From assembly GCA_946965045.2 (NCBI GenBank), contig OX337234.1, positions 2,852,001 through 2,916,000 on the forward strand: DNA of 64,000 nt, read 5' to 3'. The notes under the pieces were generated by a model. It was not told the origin of the DNA. It searched no databases and was given only the letters and a program-made list of their open reading frames with translations. Source of the stretch: Epithemia pelagica. Its lineage: Eukaryota; Protista; Bacillariophyta. The translations under genes were made by a program, and so were the position numbers. Positions 18,868-30,686 of the stretch are shown in pieces. Within the stretch, counting starts at the first letter, position 1, and each line of letters opens with the position of its first letter.

Positions 18868-19648
18868 TTACAAGGTGACTGTGATAACGCCGTTGGTTGT
18901 ATCATCATGTATCTCAGAAGCAAGAAATTGAAGATGATCATGAATCCACTTGTGGATGGAATCGTCTGAAGCTCTGGGTTGTTCTTCATCATCAACGTCA
19001 ACCACGCTGCCAACAAGGACAGCAGATGATGATTCGCCACCAGGGCAAGGTTGTTGTCTCTGGCAGATAACATCATTGTTGTATTCTGGGCCATCGTAGC
19101 ATTTCGTCGGGTCGCCAATCACATAACGAGGTTTGCTGCAGCAACAACGTTGGAAGAACACTGTAATATGAAACTTGCCTTCCAAGTCACAATACATATC
19201 CTTGTACGCGTTGGCATATTCCGAATCTTCGGGGCTCTTCACTGCAGCACAAAAAAGAAGAAGATGTGAAGAAGAGGACAGGATCATGGTTCAGCAAGGA
19301 GAGGAATGCAATCGTTGTGTTAGGAGGCATGAAGGATACGATTGCATGACGTGACGGACGGTCCGTCACCGCGCAATTGTTATTCTCACCACATGGACTT
19401 CCTGGCTCGGAATACGTAGGTGTGTACGTGATCTTTTCGGGAGTACCGATGCATTTGTCGTTGTCGGGCTTGTAGAGCTCAATGAGAAGGCAAGAATCTT
19501 GATCGACACCATCTGTATTTGCTGCATGAGGATCGCTATTGCTGCTCTTGCGAAGGAAATCGATGCTACTAGAAGAGGCCGCCACCACTGGGGAAATCGT
19601 CGTCAGCAGTAATAGCAATACCATAAAAGCAACGAGCTGTTTCATCAT
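18868..19648 (-). CDS. Secreted Cys-rich hypothetical protein; 2 exons (19648-19390, 19241-18868)
   Basis: Signal peptide (MKQLVAFMVLLLLLTTISPVVA). A 148-nt GTGAGA...TGCAG intron joins ORFs 19187-19666 and 18868-19287 in frame (GSPC-VKSPED). Confidence 0.6.
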
Positions 19649-20084
19649 TGGTTTCCAGCAAACCATGGTTCAAATCGCTCTGCTCTTTTTTCAAAAGTGG
19701 TGTCAATGAAAAAATCCATCAGATATCTTCTTGGAGAGATCTTTTTTCTCCTTTTTGCTCTCTCTCTCTACTACTACTACTGAGCTCGAACGGCCTGATC
19801 ATCACTTTCGCGAGTTTCGAGAGAATACTCGTATAGATACTCATATCGCGGCCATTCCAGGCCCATAGAATGGCCTTCTGCTTGTCAATTCACGAAGCCC
19901 GTTGAGGCTCTTGCTCTTGGGGTCGGCTATCCCGCCAAAACACTTGGCTTTGAAACTACCATGGTCACGTGGTGTGCATGTTCAAACCTACGAAAATGAA
20001 AGGGATTTTCCCGGTAGGACTACGTTGCAGCGATGGTAGCAACGTATTCATTACTAATAGGAGTTCTGATTTAGCTTGTGGATC

Positions 20085-20400
20085 TAGGTTAATCTGGTGA
20101 GGTGGGAGTTGTTTCTAATAGTAGCAACTGTTGGGTCAAATACTCAAAGCATTTCTTTCTCCTACTTCATGGAGAACAGTTGTACTAGTCCCCCTTGAGA
20201 GATCGTCAATTAAAGGACAGGCACTTCGAACATTAGCACGGGCTTCCGCCGTGCTACGACTGACTTGAGTAGATGTACTAGAACGATTTTTACCGACGCT
20301 GACGGTCCCGCAGAATTGCCTCGGTCATCTGCATCCATCAAGCTATATGTTCATAGTTCTAGTTGTTGACTGTTGAGCAGGAAGCGGGCACTTACACTTG
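20085..20400. repeat. Duplicated 3' flank shared by paralogs 1 and 2 (second copy ~23648-23900)
   Basis: TTAATCTGGT(G/C)AGGTGGGAGTTGTTTCT...ACCGACGCTGACGGTCCCGCAGAATTGCCT is present in both places. Confidence 0.85.
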
Positions 20401-20408
20401 TGGCATGG

Positions 20409-21821
20409 TCATCGTCTACGACGAGAATGAGGGGTGGAGGTTTTTGGTTTTGCTTTCGATTGCTGGTTCGTAAGATTATTATTCTTGTAGAAATGCAGGA
20501 TTGTGTCAGAACTGACCGGTTGTGGCATGCCCGGTCTCGTCACCATGGAAGCAACTGTATTCCAAGAGACTGGACCATCCGTTTCTTGTAGAGTTTTTTG
20601 GATTTCGGGTAGCAGAGAATCCCCTTGTTCCATCCATTGATCTAATATAGCTTGGTAGGGAGCCTGTGCCTTTTTGTCTCCTTCAATCGCTTTCCATGCG
20701 TTTGACGCCTCGGCTGAACCAGCGCCAGGATGTTTGGAATGATAGTCCTTGATAAACACAAATCGTACGGTCCACATGGATTTGCGCTTCTTCTTCGAAT
20801 TCAAAATAGTCGTGCCCTTATCAGATCGTGTTTGTCGTTGCTTGGGTAGAGGATTTTGGGCAAAGTCCTTAAACCATCTATTAAGTGTTGTACGGTTAAC
20901 TCCCCACGCATGTGCGAGATAACGGACCTTGTAATCGTGAGGTAGGAAGGCAACATTGAGCATACAAGCCAGTTGTTTTTCTGAAGGAGAAAGATGAGGC
21001 TGCCTATTGCTGGACGATGGCTTGTAATTGGACACAAAGGTGTCATTCTTGTTCGTTTCATACTCGAGCTTTCTCAACCAACCGTAGTCATTTGTCTTGT
21101 ATAGGGTTTCAAATTTCGCAAAGGCCTCATCATGTCTATACCTGTTACAAAGATCGAGAAAGTATACTGTAGAATTCTCTGGAAGTCTAGGGGACGACGA
21201 CGGAGGCGAAGCAGTGGACTTTTTCGATGCCGAAGTACCATTTTGTCGTTGCTGTGACTTTTGATGTGGAGGGTCTTGATTCTTTTTCTTTGTCGGAGTG
21301 GTGGACTCTTTCGATGCTGCATCCATCACTCCTTCTCGCTTTTGGTCTAGTTGATGAGGTGGAGTTGCTGGATTCTTCATTTTCTTTGTCGGAGAAGTCA
21401 ACTCTTTCGATGACGTAGTCTTCAAACCATCATGTTGTTGTTGCTGATGTGGCGGTGGTGGTGGTAGTGACTTTTGATTCTTTGTCTTCTTCTTTTTGGT
21501 GGTGGTAGTGGGAATTAGGTCCTCCTCCACATGGCGTCCACGAGCCGTCGTCATTGTTTCAATCCTTACCGGGGTTTGTGGTGAATCATGATGTGGAGAT
21601 TCTTGTCCATGGTCATAGCACGAGACATGGGTGTCCTTTCCATCTGTTGTTCGGGGCATCGTTCCCGCCGCATTCTTGGTGTCTGGTGCTCGCTGTCGTT
21701 TCTGGTGTTTCGGTACGATTTCATCACCCCATTTCTCACGCGATGGAACATTGTCCACCGACAAGTGGTTTCGTTTCCTTTTCTTGAGATGAGCACTGGA
21801 GGACATACTTGTACTTTGCAT
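20409..21821 (-). CDS. HTH / HMG-like / HTH DNA-binding protein, paralog 1 (transposase-derived?)
   Basis: 470-aa ORF: LAHAWGVNRTTLNRWF (HTH), RQTRSDKG, FVFIKDYHSKHPG...AWKAIEGDKKAQAPYQA (HMG-like) and SWNTVASMV...VSSDTI (second HTH-like). Confidence 0.7.
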   Translation of the reverse strand: MQSTSMSSSAHLKKRKRNHLSVDNVPSREKWGDEIVPKHQKRQRAPDTKNAAGTMPRTTDGKDTHVSCYDHGQESPHHDSPQTPVRIETMTTARGRHVEEDLIPTTTTKKKKTKNQKSLPPPPPHQQQQHDGLKTTSSKELTSPTKKMKNPATPPHQLDQKREGVMDAASKESTTPTKKKNQDPPHQKSQQRQNGTSASKKSTASPPSSSPRLPENSTVYFLDLCNRYRHDEAFAKFETLYKTNDYGWLRKLEYETNKNDTFVSNYKPSSSNRQPHLSPSEKQLACMLNVAFLPHDYKVRYLAHAWGVNRTTLNRWFKDFAQNPLPKQRQTRSDKGTTILNSKKKRKSMWTVRFVFIKDYHSKHPGAGSAEASNAWKAIEGDKKAQAPYQAILDQWMEQGDSLLPEIQKTLQETDGPVSWNTVASMVTRPGMPQPVSSDTILHFYKNNNLTNQQSKAKPKTSTPHSRRRR

Positions 21822-22049
21822 GTATGGGCATGGATTGGATGTCTTTTGTGTTGTCTTCCTTGATGCAGACTTTTGGAGGGAGGAAAATGAGCAGGAGTGT
21901 CGGTTAATGTCCGTCCGTTGTCTGTTGTCTGTTGCATACTGCTACATCCTCAAAAAATGTGAGTTTACTTGGGCTAATGTCACACCTCATATTCTTGTCT
22001 TGTTTAGTTACGCATGATTTTGGTTGCGTTTAGAAAAGGAGCATGCCAA

Positions 22050-23470
22050 GACTTGCTTTTAACAGAGACATATTTCGATGTCGATTGGACTCTCACCTTG
22101 AACGGGCAGTGTCAATCAATCCAATCGGGAAGGTTGACAAGCAAATCTTCCGACTCGAACATGAGATTGAGAAAATCCTTGACGGTGGCGTCGTTATTCT
22201 CCTCCTTGGAACACCAATTGAATAGCTCACGGATAAACAGTGGTTCCATTGTACTGCTCGATGCTGAAGAGTCATCGCAGAAGCACGGCGCATTTTCGAA
22301 TGCAGCCACAAAAGTGTCGTTGGTGGCTGCTACTTTCCATATTGCTCGCTTTCCTAGTTCCTCGTCTAGAATCAAGCCACCGTCACCATTTTTTTACAGA
22401 ACAAAGTCCGACATTGAGCAAATCTTCGTCAAATTCTTCTGCAGCAAAAGACACAGTGCCACCCCAATAACAAGCTTGCCTAAACTTACAGGAAGTGGTT
22501 TCTTCAACATGAAAGGATCTTGGGCTTCAAGAAAAGAGTCCTTGATCCGTTCCACAAGTCCTTGGAGCACCCCCTCGTAGTGCTCATTTATCGCCATCTC
22601 TAATACTTCTTCCTTTGACAAGCTGGAATTTTCGTGCTCCAGTCTAGCCAGCCTGGTGAACAACCACACCCGCCAGCATCCAAAGGTTCGGCACATTTTC
22701 CAAAGCAACATCTTCAAGGTTGAGTGCCTGCTTCAGCTTCTCCGGAATCTCCTCCAGACAAACCATTGGGAAGTCAACTATGTCATGGGTCTGCTGGGGT
22801 TTTCCAAGGTCACTCTTGCAGGAAGCAGCACCGCCCAAGGCTCAACGCAGTTCCGGTAACGACCACACATTTGTTGCTTAGAGACAGCCTGCGTAAAAAC
22901 GGAGAGCCCATACCCCTTGTCTTTTCTGAGTCTTTGCTGCTGTGCCAGGACCCAGTATCAAGGACCTTGTAGGCCTCCCGAGCTCTATCGAATACAAAAA
23001 AGAAGTCCAACGTTGTCTCTATCTCCAATCGTAGCTTTTCCAACATGTCAAGTTTCCGTTTCTTCGGAGCCTGATACAGATATCTTGTCATCAGAACCAG
23101 TTCCGCAGACAGCTGGTAGGTGAGCCATAGAACTGGGGCGTCATTGTTTATTCCCACTCTTTTTCGGTGAAACGCATAGAGAATCATCGTCCGCGTCACA
23201 ACAAATGCATCAAGTGCTCTATCACATTTCCAGTTCTTCTCCGTGTTATTGATGTCTTCATTCAATATGGCATTGAGATCACCAACGAGATTGGTGAAGG
23301 AAGCATCCAACCCTCCTAGATCACGAAAGGTTGTCATGCCTTCGGGTTTTTGCGGATTCGAAGCGGTGATCAGAATGCAATAGCTTTTGCGGGCGGCGTC
23401 AAAGAAAGCTGAGGTCTTGCCACAACGGCTCACTCCCATCAAAATGTAGTTGTGACCGACTTTCTGACCC
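22050..23470 (-). pseudogene. Degraded P-loop NTPase gene resembling Crinkler-associated NTPases
   Basis: Collinear fragments in different frames: YILMGVSRCGKT (Walker A), FFFVFDRA (Walker B-like), VVVTGTALS, DIVDFP and TMEPLF. Several stops and frameshifts. Confidence 0.45.
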
Positions 23471-23895
23471 GACTTCCTGGAAAGTTCTTAACCCGCTGGC
23501 GTGGGGTTAGGTAGTGCAGGGCAGTAGGGACGAGTAAAACTGGTTTCGAGTGTGCCCCATGACTGCACGGCTGAACCATCCCAATTTCGGAGCCCAGAAC
23601 GGGAAAGATTTGTACGTGGCGATTGCACGACCCAGAACTGGTCCTGCTTAATCTGGTCAGGTGGGAGTTGTTTCTTATAGTAGCAACTGTTGGGTCAAAT
23701 ACGCATAGCATTTCTTTCTCCCACGTCATGGAGAACAGTTGTACTAGTCCTCCTTGAGAGATCGTCCATTAGAGGACAGGCACTTCGAACATTAGCACGG
23801 GCTTCCGCCGTGCTACGACTGACTTGAGTAGATGTACTAGAATGATTTTTACCGACGCTGACGGTCCCGCAGAATTGCCTTCGTCATCTACATGG

Positions 23896-24731
23896 TCATC
23901 GTCTACGACGAGAATGAGGGGTGGAGGTTTTTGGTTTTGTTTTCGATTGTTGGTTCGCAAGATTATTCTTCTGGCAGAACTGGCGGATTGCCTCAGAACT
24001 GACCGGTTGCGGCATGCCCTGTCTTGTCACCATGGAAGCAACTGTATTCCAAGAGACTGGACCATCCGTTTCTTGTAGAGTCTTTTGGATTTCGGGTAAC
24101 AGAGAATCCCCTTGTTCCATCCATTGATCTAATAAAGCTTGGTAGGGAGCCTGTGCCTTTTTGTCTCCTTAGCCAGTGGTAAAGCGTTTTGGGGGTAGTT
24201 CCCCATGCATGAGCAAGATAACGGACCTTGTAACAGTGAGGTAGGAAGGCAACGTTCAGCATACAAGCCAGTTGTTTTTCTGAAGGAGAATGCAGAGGCT
24301 GCCTATTGCAGGATGATGGCTTGTAATAGGACACAAAGGTGTCATTCTTGTTCGTTTCAAACTCGAGCTTTCTCAACCAACCGTAGTCATTTGTCTTGTA
24401 TAGGGTTTCAAATTTCGCAAAGGCCTCATCCTGTCTATACCTGTTGCACAGATCGATAAAGTACACTGTAGAATTCTCTGGAAGTTTGGGCGACGACGAC
24501 GGAGCCGAAGCAGTGGACTTTTTCGATGCCGCAGCACTAGTTTGTTGTTGCTGTGACTTTTGATGTGGAGGGTCTTGATTCTTTTTCTTTGTCGGATTGG
24601 TGGACTCTTTCGATGCTGCATCCATCACTCCATCTCGCTTTTGGTCTAGTTGATGAGGTGGAGTTGTTGGATTCTTCATCTTCTTTGTCGGAGAAGTCAA
24701 ATCTTTCGATGACGCAGTCTTCAGGCCATCA

Positions 24732-24764
<33 letters not shown>

Positions 24765-25153
24765 GGTGGTGTTGGTGGTGGTGGTAGTGACTTTTGATTC
24801 TTTGTCTTCTTCTTTTTGGTGGTGGTAGTGGGAATTAGGTCCTCCTCCACGTGGCGTCCACGAGACGTCGTCATTGTTTCAATCCTTGCCGGGGTTTGTG
24901 GTGAATCATGATATGGAGATTCTTGTCCATGGTCATAGCGCGAGACATGGAAGTCTTGTCCATTTGTTGTTCGGGGCATTGTTACCGCTGCATTCTCGGT
25001 GTCTGGTGCTCGCTGTCGTTTCTGGTGTTTCGGTACGATTTCATCACCCCATTTCTCGCGCGATGGAACATTGTCCACCGAAAAGTGGTTTCGTTTCCTT
25101 TTCTTGTGATGAGGACTGGAGGACATGCTTATACTTTGCATGCATTTATGCAT
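23896..25153 (-). pseudogene. HTH / HMG-like paralog 2, frameshifted by internal deletion
   Basis: Collinear with paralog 1 to LYHWL, then jumps directly to GGAGACAAAAAGG (~188 nt missing relative to paralog 4). The C-terminal part continues in ORF 23896..24120. Confidence 0.8.
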
Positions 25154-25724
25154 GGATTGGAGCTATTGGAGTTCTTCCTTCACTTGTTACTTACGATGCA
25201 GAGAGGGAGGAAAATGAGCAGAAGTGTCGGTTAATGTTCGTCCGATGTCTGTTGTCGGTTGTCGGTTGTCTGTTGCCGGTTAGGAGTACGAGTACCCCGA
25301 ACTACGAATAGGAATGGTATTGGTAGGGAATCCTGGACTCATTCTGCCCTCAGTGAATTATATATATCGATTGCAGTCTACAAGCATCAGACCCGGTGAC
25401 AAAAGTCCCGAACGTTCAACGGCAACCAAGGAACAACACTGAAGCTCCGCGACGGATCTAATCATTTTGTGGGACGATGCAACTCGGCGGGCGTGTGATT
25501 GGCGCTTGAGTCACATGGAGCGAAAGCCCTATGTAGTCAATTTCTGAAAGTCGGCATGCATGTGGAAAGCCAGCCGAGCTCAACAGAAGGTCCCTTTGTA
25601 AGCTTCCTTTGAAATCAATGATCGATGGTTTACACATACAAACAAGGCAGGCCCCAAAAAAGTGACACAAAGCCAACAACAAGACGAGCGATATCACGAT
25701 CAAGACCCGACTGCACACAGTAGC

Positions 25725-28052
25725 ATGACCCGTAGTAGTTTGCGCCGAACGAGTAGCACCCGCGACTATTATTGCCATCCCCCTTCTGCTTCATCCTCCT
25801 ACTCATCATCGTTATTGTGGCAGGAAGGTTCCCATCTCACTCGACAACAACAACATCCACAAACACCGTTGATTCCTGCTATTCAACCCTCTTCATCTTC
25901 CTTGACCTCTGCATCATCTTCCTCTTCTTCTTGGTCATCCTCGTTGCGTTTGATTCGAAGCTGCACCAGTGGAGAAAGTATCAAACAACAAGTTCACACC
26001 ACCACCAGCAGTCCTCCCTATTCCTATCACTACCACCCCGACGATAAGGAGAATCAGAATGACCCTAGTCGCCATCGCAATGGTGCTTCAATGTTAAACC
26101 ACCACCAAGACAAGAGAGAGAACAACAAAGTGAAGAGTTTCAAGCAGCAGCCGAAGAAGATAAAGAACCGATTGTCGAGTGGCAGTGGTGGTTCCAGTAC
26201 TAGTCGTGGAAGGATTCTTCAAAAAATGTTTGAAGCACGTAAAAGTTCCACCAACGATCGGCACAGTGATGATCATCCTCAAGGGTTGGTGATACTCTCT
26301 CCTGACCCAAGGCCATCGAACCAGCGTCTTCCTCGTGGAAACACGGTGGAACAAGATGACGATACAGTCGTTGTGCAAAATTTGCATCACCGCCAAGATG
26401 ACGATCATGAACAAAATCCAACGACAGCCAGGAGACCATCGAAAGAATCTGACGTTCCAATCGAACCCATGAACTTTGCTTCATGGCCAGTCTTATCGTC
26501 CCAGCAGGCATCCACGACTGCCATGGAATCGACTACCGAGTTCCAACAGCAACAACAAGAACCAGCACAGCCAAAACCAGCGAAGCAACCACAACAACCC
26601 CTTCCCCGTGTGAATTCATCCATGACACTGGCTCAACTCTACCAAGAAGCTGCTTGTCGAGGCGTTACCGTGCCTCAAGACTACCGTGAACCAGAACCGT
26701 CCGACACACAGAAGCAGAAACAACAACAAGACTTTCTGCTCCAACTCTTGATTCCTGGATCCATTCGGATTAGTGCCACACAAGTGGGAAAAGAGTATCA
26801 AGAGCTCCTTCACCAAATGCAACAGGAAACTGTCTTGCTTCAAACAACACAACAAGGCCAAGAAAAGGACCACCTTGCAGTACCTCCTGTCCCGATCCAA
26901 CCAGCGTTGGACCGCAAACGAAAGCAAGAATCGGATGGACCACTTCTGGATCAAAATCATCACCACCAACAACAGGAAGGTCAAGAGGAGAGACAGCGCC
27001 AGTCCATATCGTCGTATCGATGGGATCCACCAAGTACCTTCAAAAAACATATCATCTTTCCGGCCGATCCCAACACGCATCCGGATGGATCGCAGGGAAA
27101 AGGATATACCGTGTGGTGTTCCTTTGCCCCCGGAACTTCTACGGCACCCTTGCTAGAATTTGATTCTACATGGTCCAGTCCTCACGATGCCGCCACACGA
27201 GCTCGCTATCTCTACCATTGGAAAAATTGTTGGGGCTTTCCCAGTCAACCTCCTGTAGAAAGAGTGTTTGAAAAATCGCAGCGCTATGGAGTGCATCGTC
27301 CCTCGCACTCTTCGTCATGTTGGAGGGTGGGAGTTGTTACGGATGCCGAATTCGATAAGCTTCCCCACGCCACACGGAAACGACATATCTTTGACTTGTA
27401 TTCCGATAGTGAATTGGAAAAGCAAGAACAACAACAGGTAGACGAACACGAAGAAACAGAAAAGGATCACCAGACGACACGGGAACAAGAACAACAACAA
27501 GGAGAACAGTCCGTCGATTCAGTCTCATTCGAAACCAAGCAAGAACAAGAACGACAGACCAAATGGGATGCGACCAAACAATTTGAACCAGAAATCATGT
27601 TTCTCAGTGAAACGAATTTGCGTCTGGATGGCAATCAGGGAAATGGGTATACGGTTTGGTATACATTTGGCTTTGCCGATGACGACGATTGGGGCCTCGA
27701 GGAGGACGACCAGAATACGGCGGCAATAGAACTTAAACGAGAATTCGATTCGACATGGCCAACGGTAGAACAAGCCAATGCCAGGGCCCGCTTTTTGTTT
27801 TATTGGAAAAATTGTTGGGGATTGGAACCACACGAGTTGGAAGACATTTCGGCCAAGGGAGACAATATGGTGTTGGAATCGTCGACTCGCAATGGATTAT
27901 TATTGTACAGTATTCAATTTGAAGGAATGGATTGTTGGACGGTCGGTGTCGTGGAAGACCAAGAGTATCCCAAGCTCGAAGAGGATCGGAAAAAGAAGCG
28001 CAACAGCAGTAACAACACTGTTCCGGCCTGCTATACCCTGTCGTCGATATGA
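25725..28052 (+). CDS. Hypothetical protein with low-complexity N-terminus and two copies of an uncharacterised C-terminal domain
   Basis: Repeated DGxQGxGYTVW...EFDSTW...A..RAR.L..WKNCWG...CWxVGVV at about aa 470-565 and 655-765 of the track ORF. Confidence 0.7.
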   Translation: MTRSSLRRTSSTRDYYCHPPSASSSYSSSLLWQEGSHLTRQQQHPQTPLIPAIQPSSSSLTSASSSSSSWSSSLRLIRSCTSGESIKQQVHTTTSSPPYSYHYHPDDKENQNDPSRHRNGASMLNHHQDKRENNKVKSFKQQPKKIKNRLSSGSGGSSTSRGRILQKMFEARKSSTNDRHSDDHPQGLVILSPDPRPSNQRLPRGNTVEQDDDTVVVQNLHHRQDDDHEQNPTTARRPSKESDVPIEPMNFASWPVLSSQQASTTAMESTTEFQQQQQEPAQPKPAKQPQQPLPRVNSSMTLAQLYQEAACRGVTVPQDYREPEPSDTQKQKQQQDFLLQLLIPGSIRISATQVGKEYQELLHQMQQETVLLQTTQQGQEKDHLAVPPVPIQPALDRKRKQESDGPLLDQNHHHQQQEGQEERQRQSISSYRWDPPSTFKKHIIFPADPNTHPDGSQGKGYTVWCSFAPGTSTAPLLEFDSTWSSPHDAATRARYLYHWKNCWGFPSQPPVERVFEKSQRYGVHRPSHSSSCWRVGVVTDAEFDKLPHATRKRHIFDLYSDSELEKQEQQQVDEHEETEKDHQTTREQEQQQGEQSVDSVSFETKQEQERQTKWDATKQFEPEIMFLSETNLRLDGNQGNGYTVWYTFGFADDDDWGLEEDDQNTAAIELKREFDSTWPTVEQANARARFLFYWKNCWGLEPHELEDISAKGDNMVLESSTRNGLLLYSIQFEGMDCWTVGVVEDQEYPKLEEDRKKKRNSSNNTVPACYTLSSI

Positions 28053-28486
28053 AACGCCGTGCACTAAAGAACACAAACAGGCAGAGGTGGCCGTACGACT
28101 ATGGGCATCGGTCCACTAAAACAAACAGGGAACAACCCGAAAATGGGGAAAAAGGACAAAATGTTTCGTTAAACGTTACCAGTATAAATGTCATGTTGTA
28201 CAGATAGTCTTTTTGTTGTTGTTTCGAAGTGACGCAACGAGCAATCGTGCGGTTCCTATACAATTCGATGTGAACCATAAGCTGGGAACTCGACAGATAA
28301 ACAAACTAGGCAGTCAGAGAATACAGATCGGAGTATCGGTCATTGACGCCACTACGCTCGTAATGCTTTTATCGATCAGCAGAGTGGCCGAAAGAAAGAA
28401 TCCACAGTCAGTGTATCCTTTTATCCTCCTTGAGGACTCGCGACGCATCAGAATCCATTTGGGTGACAGTATCCAGCGTGTCACCG

Positions 28487-30211
28487 TCACTCCTCGCTGT
28501 CCGACGTGGTTCCCTTGGAAGCTCCATTGGGTTTGTCGTCGTTGTTGGATCCCAGTCGATTCCCAATCTGTCCCATCAGTCTCCTCGTGACTCGTGGAAC
28601 GGCACGAAGAGCTTTTTTGAATCGTTGGACCACTACCACCGTTTGGGAACGAGCTTGTTGCAAAAGGAGCTTGAGATTGGGAAATTGAATGGCCCCCGTT
28701 TCCAGTCCCTGTTGAATGAGACCGGCCACAAAGCCCAAGACCGCGCCAGCCAAAATGAGGGTCAGTTCATCCTCTTCAAAAATGGGATGAAGGACCCGTT
28801 CAAATTGCTCACTCGTCATGAGTTCCATCCGTTCCCGCAAGGTTTTTTCCAATCCCAAGGCTTGGTCCATGTAGGGATAAATCACTGGCACATGATTGGG
28901 CAATTTGGTCAAGGCCTTTTCGGCCGCCCGACGAATGACTTCGGGATTGGCGTACATGTGAAAACTGTTGGAAACTTTGGTGGCAAAGTTGGTAAAGTGT
29001 TGTCGAAACAGTTGTCCAAAGGCGGGTGAGGTTTCCGGGTCGGTCAAGAGGGACGTCCACAATCGTTCCGACGTAAGAATGTTGTTGGCAAAAAATTTGG
29101 AAAATTCGGCACTGACCGCCACTTGTCGTTTGAGAAATTGTCCCTGCAACACAAAGGGACCAATCGGTGTCGGATTGACGGGACAAAAGATCCATTTCAA
29201 GGCCAACCAATTGGTGGCCCAACCGACAATGGCACCACCGATAGACAAGGTCCAAGGATTTTCCCAAAAGAGGGCGACAATCATTTGAAGAATGCCCAAT
29301 AAAAAGCCAAACCACAAACCACTGTTGGTCAAAAAGTCTAGTTCGGCTTGACCACATTTGCGAAAGAGTTGTCCCAGCACAGCTCGATCTTGCATCATTT
29401 GACTCACGACACAATTTTGCAAACTAAAGATTTGGTCCACATTGGATTGCATCGACTTGACCAAATCTTGTAGAAATTGCGTATTCATGGATTGCAACGC
29501 CTTTTGTCCAGCGGCATCCATACCGGCATAGACAGCTCCCGGAATATCGGCCACAAACTTTTGTGGGACCAAATCTTGAACCACTTCCTTGACCAACTGC
29601 GGGACACGTGGTGCCAGTAATTTGGCCAGAACCTTGGGGTCCAAACGTCCAAAGACTTCTTGGACCGTCATGAGTTGAGAGGTGACCATGTGGACCATGG
29701 CCCGACTCATTTTGCGAGTTTTGCAGGGAACAATACCCTGCCATCCCAAAAAGCCCAAGGGTACTTCGTCGGCTCGCCAGAGCGAAATGCCACGATATTG
29801 AATGGGATAAAAGATCATTTGCACTGCCATGTAATTGGTAATCCATCCCACACAGGCCGCAATACAAGGAATGAGCAAATAGGTACCCGGACGTTTGCGA
29901 AATTTGGCCACAGCACGTCGAAAGGGGCCTGTCCAACCTCGATATGGTCCATCGACCGTGTCGTCTGGGCTGTTGGTGGTGGTCAAGGGAACATGATGCG
30001 TCGTCCTTCGCCGCTGTCGTTGTCGACGCTGTGGCTCGTCCATGGTGAGCCTCTGAAAGCTACCAGGTAAGTCTTGTCTTGTAAAGAAAGATGAAGAGTG
30101 TGACACCGGAACCAGAAATGAATGAGTGGGGCCCACAAAGCCTGTTACTGGCCATGCATAGCAGAGAGTAGCCACTACCATCCAAACGAGACGACCAGGT
30201 ATTGTCGTCAT
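28487..30211 (-). CDS. DUF445/UPF0754 family membrane protein, probably plastid-targeted
   Basis: VGWITNYMAVQMIFYP, LGWQGIVP, VGWATNWLALKWIF, FERVLHPIFEEDELTLILAGAVLG. Signal peptide followed by G-F-V-G (ASAFAP-like). Confidence 0.8.
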   Translation of the reverse strand: MTTIPGRLVWMVVATLCYAWPVTGFVGPTHSFLVPVSHSSSFFTRQDLPGSFQRLTMDEPQRRQRQRRRTTHHVPLTTTNSPDDTVDGPYRGWTGPFRRAVAKFRKRPGTYLLIPCIAACVGWITNYMAVQMIFYPIQYRGISLWRADEVPLGFLGWQGIVPCKTRKMSRAMVHMVTSQLMTVQEVFGRLDPKVLAKLLAPRVPQLVKEVVQDLVPQKFVADIPGAVYAGMDAAGQKALQSMNTQFLQDLVKSMQSNVDQIFSLQNCVVSQMMQDRAVLGQLFRKCGQAELDFLTNSGLWFGFLLGILQMIVALFWENPWTLSIGGAIVGWATNWLALKWIFCPVNPTPIGPFVLQGQFLKRQVAVSAEFSKFFANNILTSERLWTSLLTDPETSPAFGQLFRQHFTNFATKVSNSFHMYANPEVIRRAAEKALTKLPNHVPVIYPYMDQALGLEKTLRERMELMTSEQFERVLHPIFEEDELTLILAGAVLGFVAGLIQQGLETGAIQFPNLKLLLQQARSQTVVVVQRFKKALRAVPRVTRRLMGQIGNRLGSNNDDKPNGASKGTTSDSEE

Positions 30212-30686
30212 GGTAGTTCTTGCTGTGGCTCTGGGTATTCTCATTCTGACAAATGGCATCCACACAAGGCTCGTTTGTATTGTGAGTAATGGGTCCACAA
30301 TTCTGTTCAATTTCGAGAGGATGGATGTCGAACAATGTGATAGGAAAGATCAAAGGGATCGCTTTTGTGGTCCACCATTGGCAATATTGGCACATGTGTT
30401 GGTGGTGTCTTCCGCGTTCCGACTTCCGACTTCCGACATCCATCCGAGACATCACCGCACGTGACTCCAAGTACGTACATCCCGTCGGGACACAGCTACC
30501 CCTTTCGATTTGCCTCCAGCTTCCAGCTACCCTACTGCGCCTAGAGCACCCCCGACAACAGACAACGGACGAAAATTCACCGACACTTCGTCTGCCTTTT
30601 CTTCCAAAACCACAGTGTGACCACATTATGAGTTATGAGGTCACCGGAAGAAAGGGAAACACAACATTCATTCCATCCATACATGC

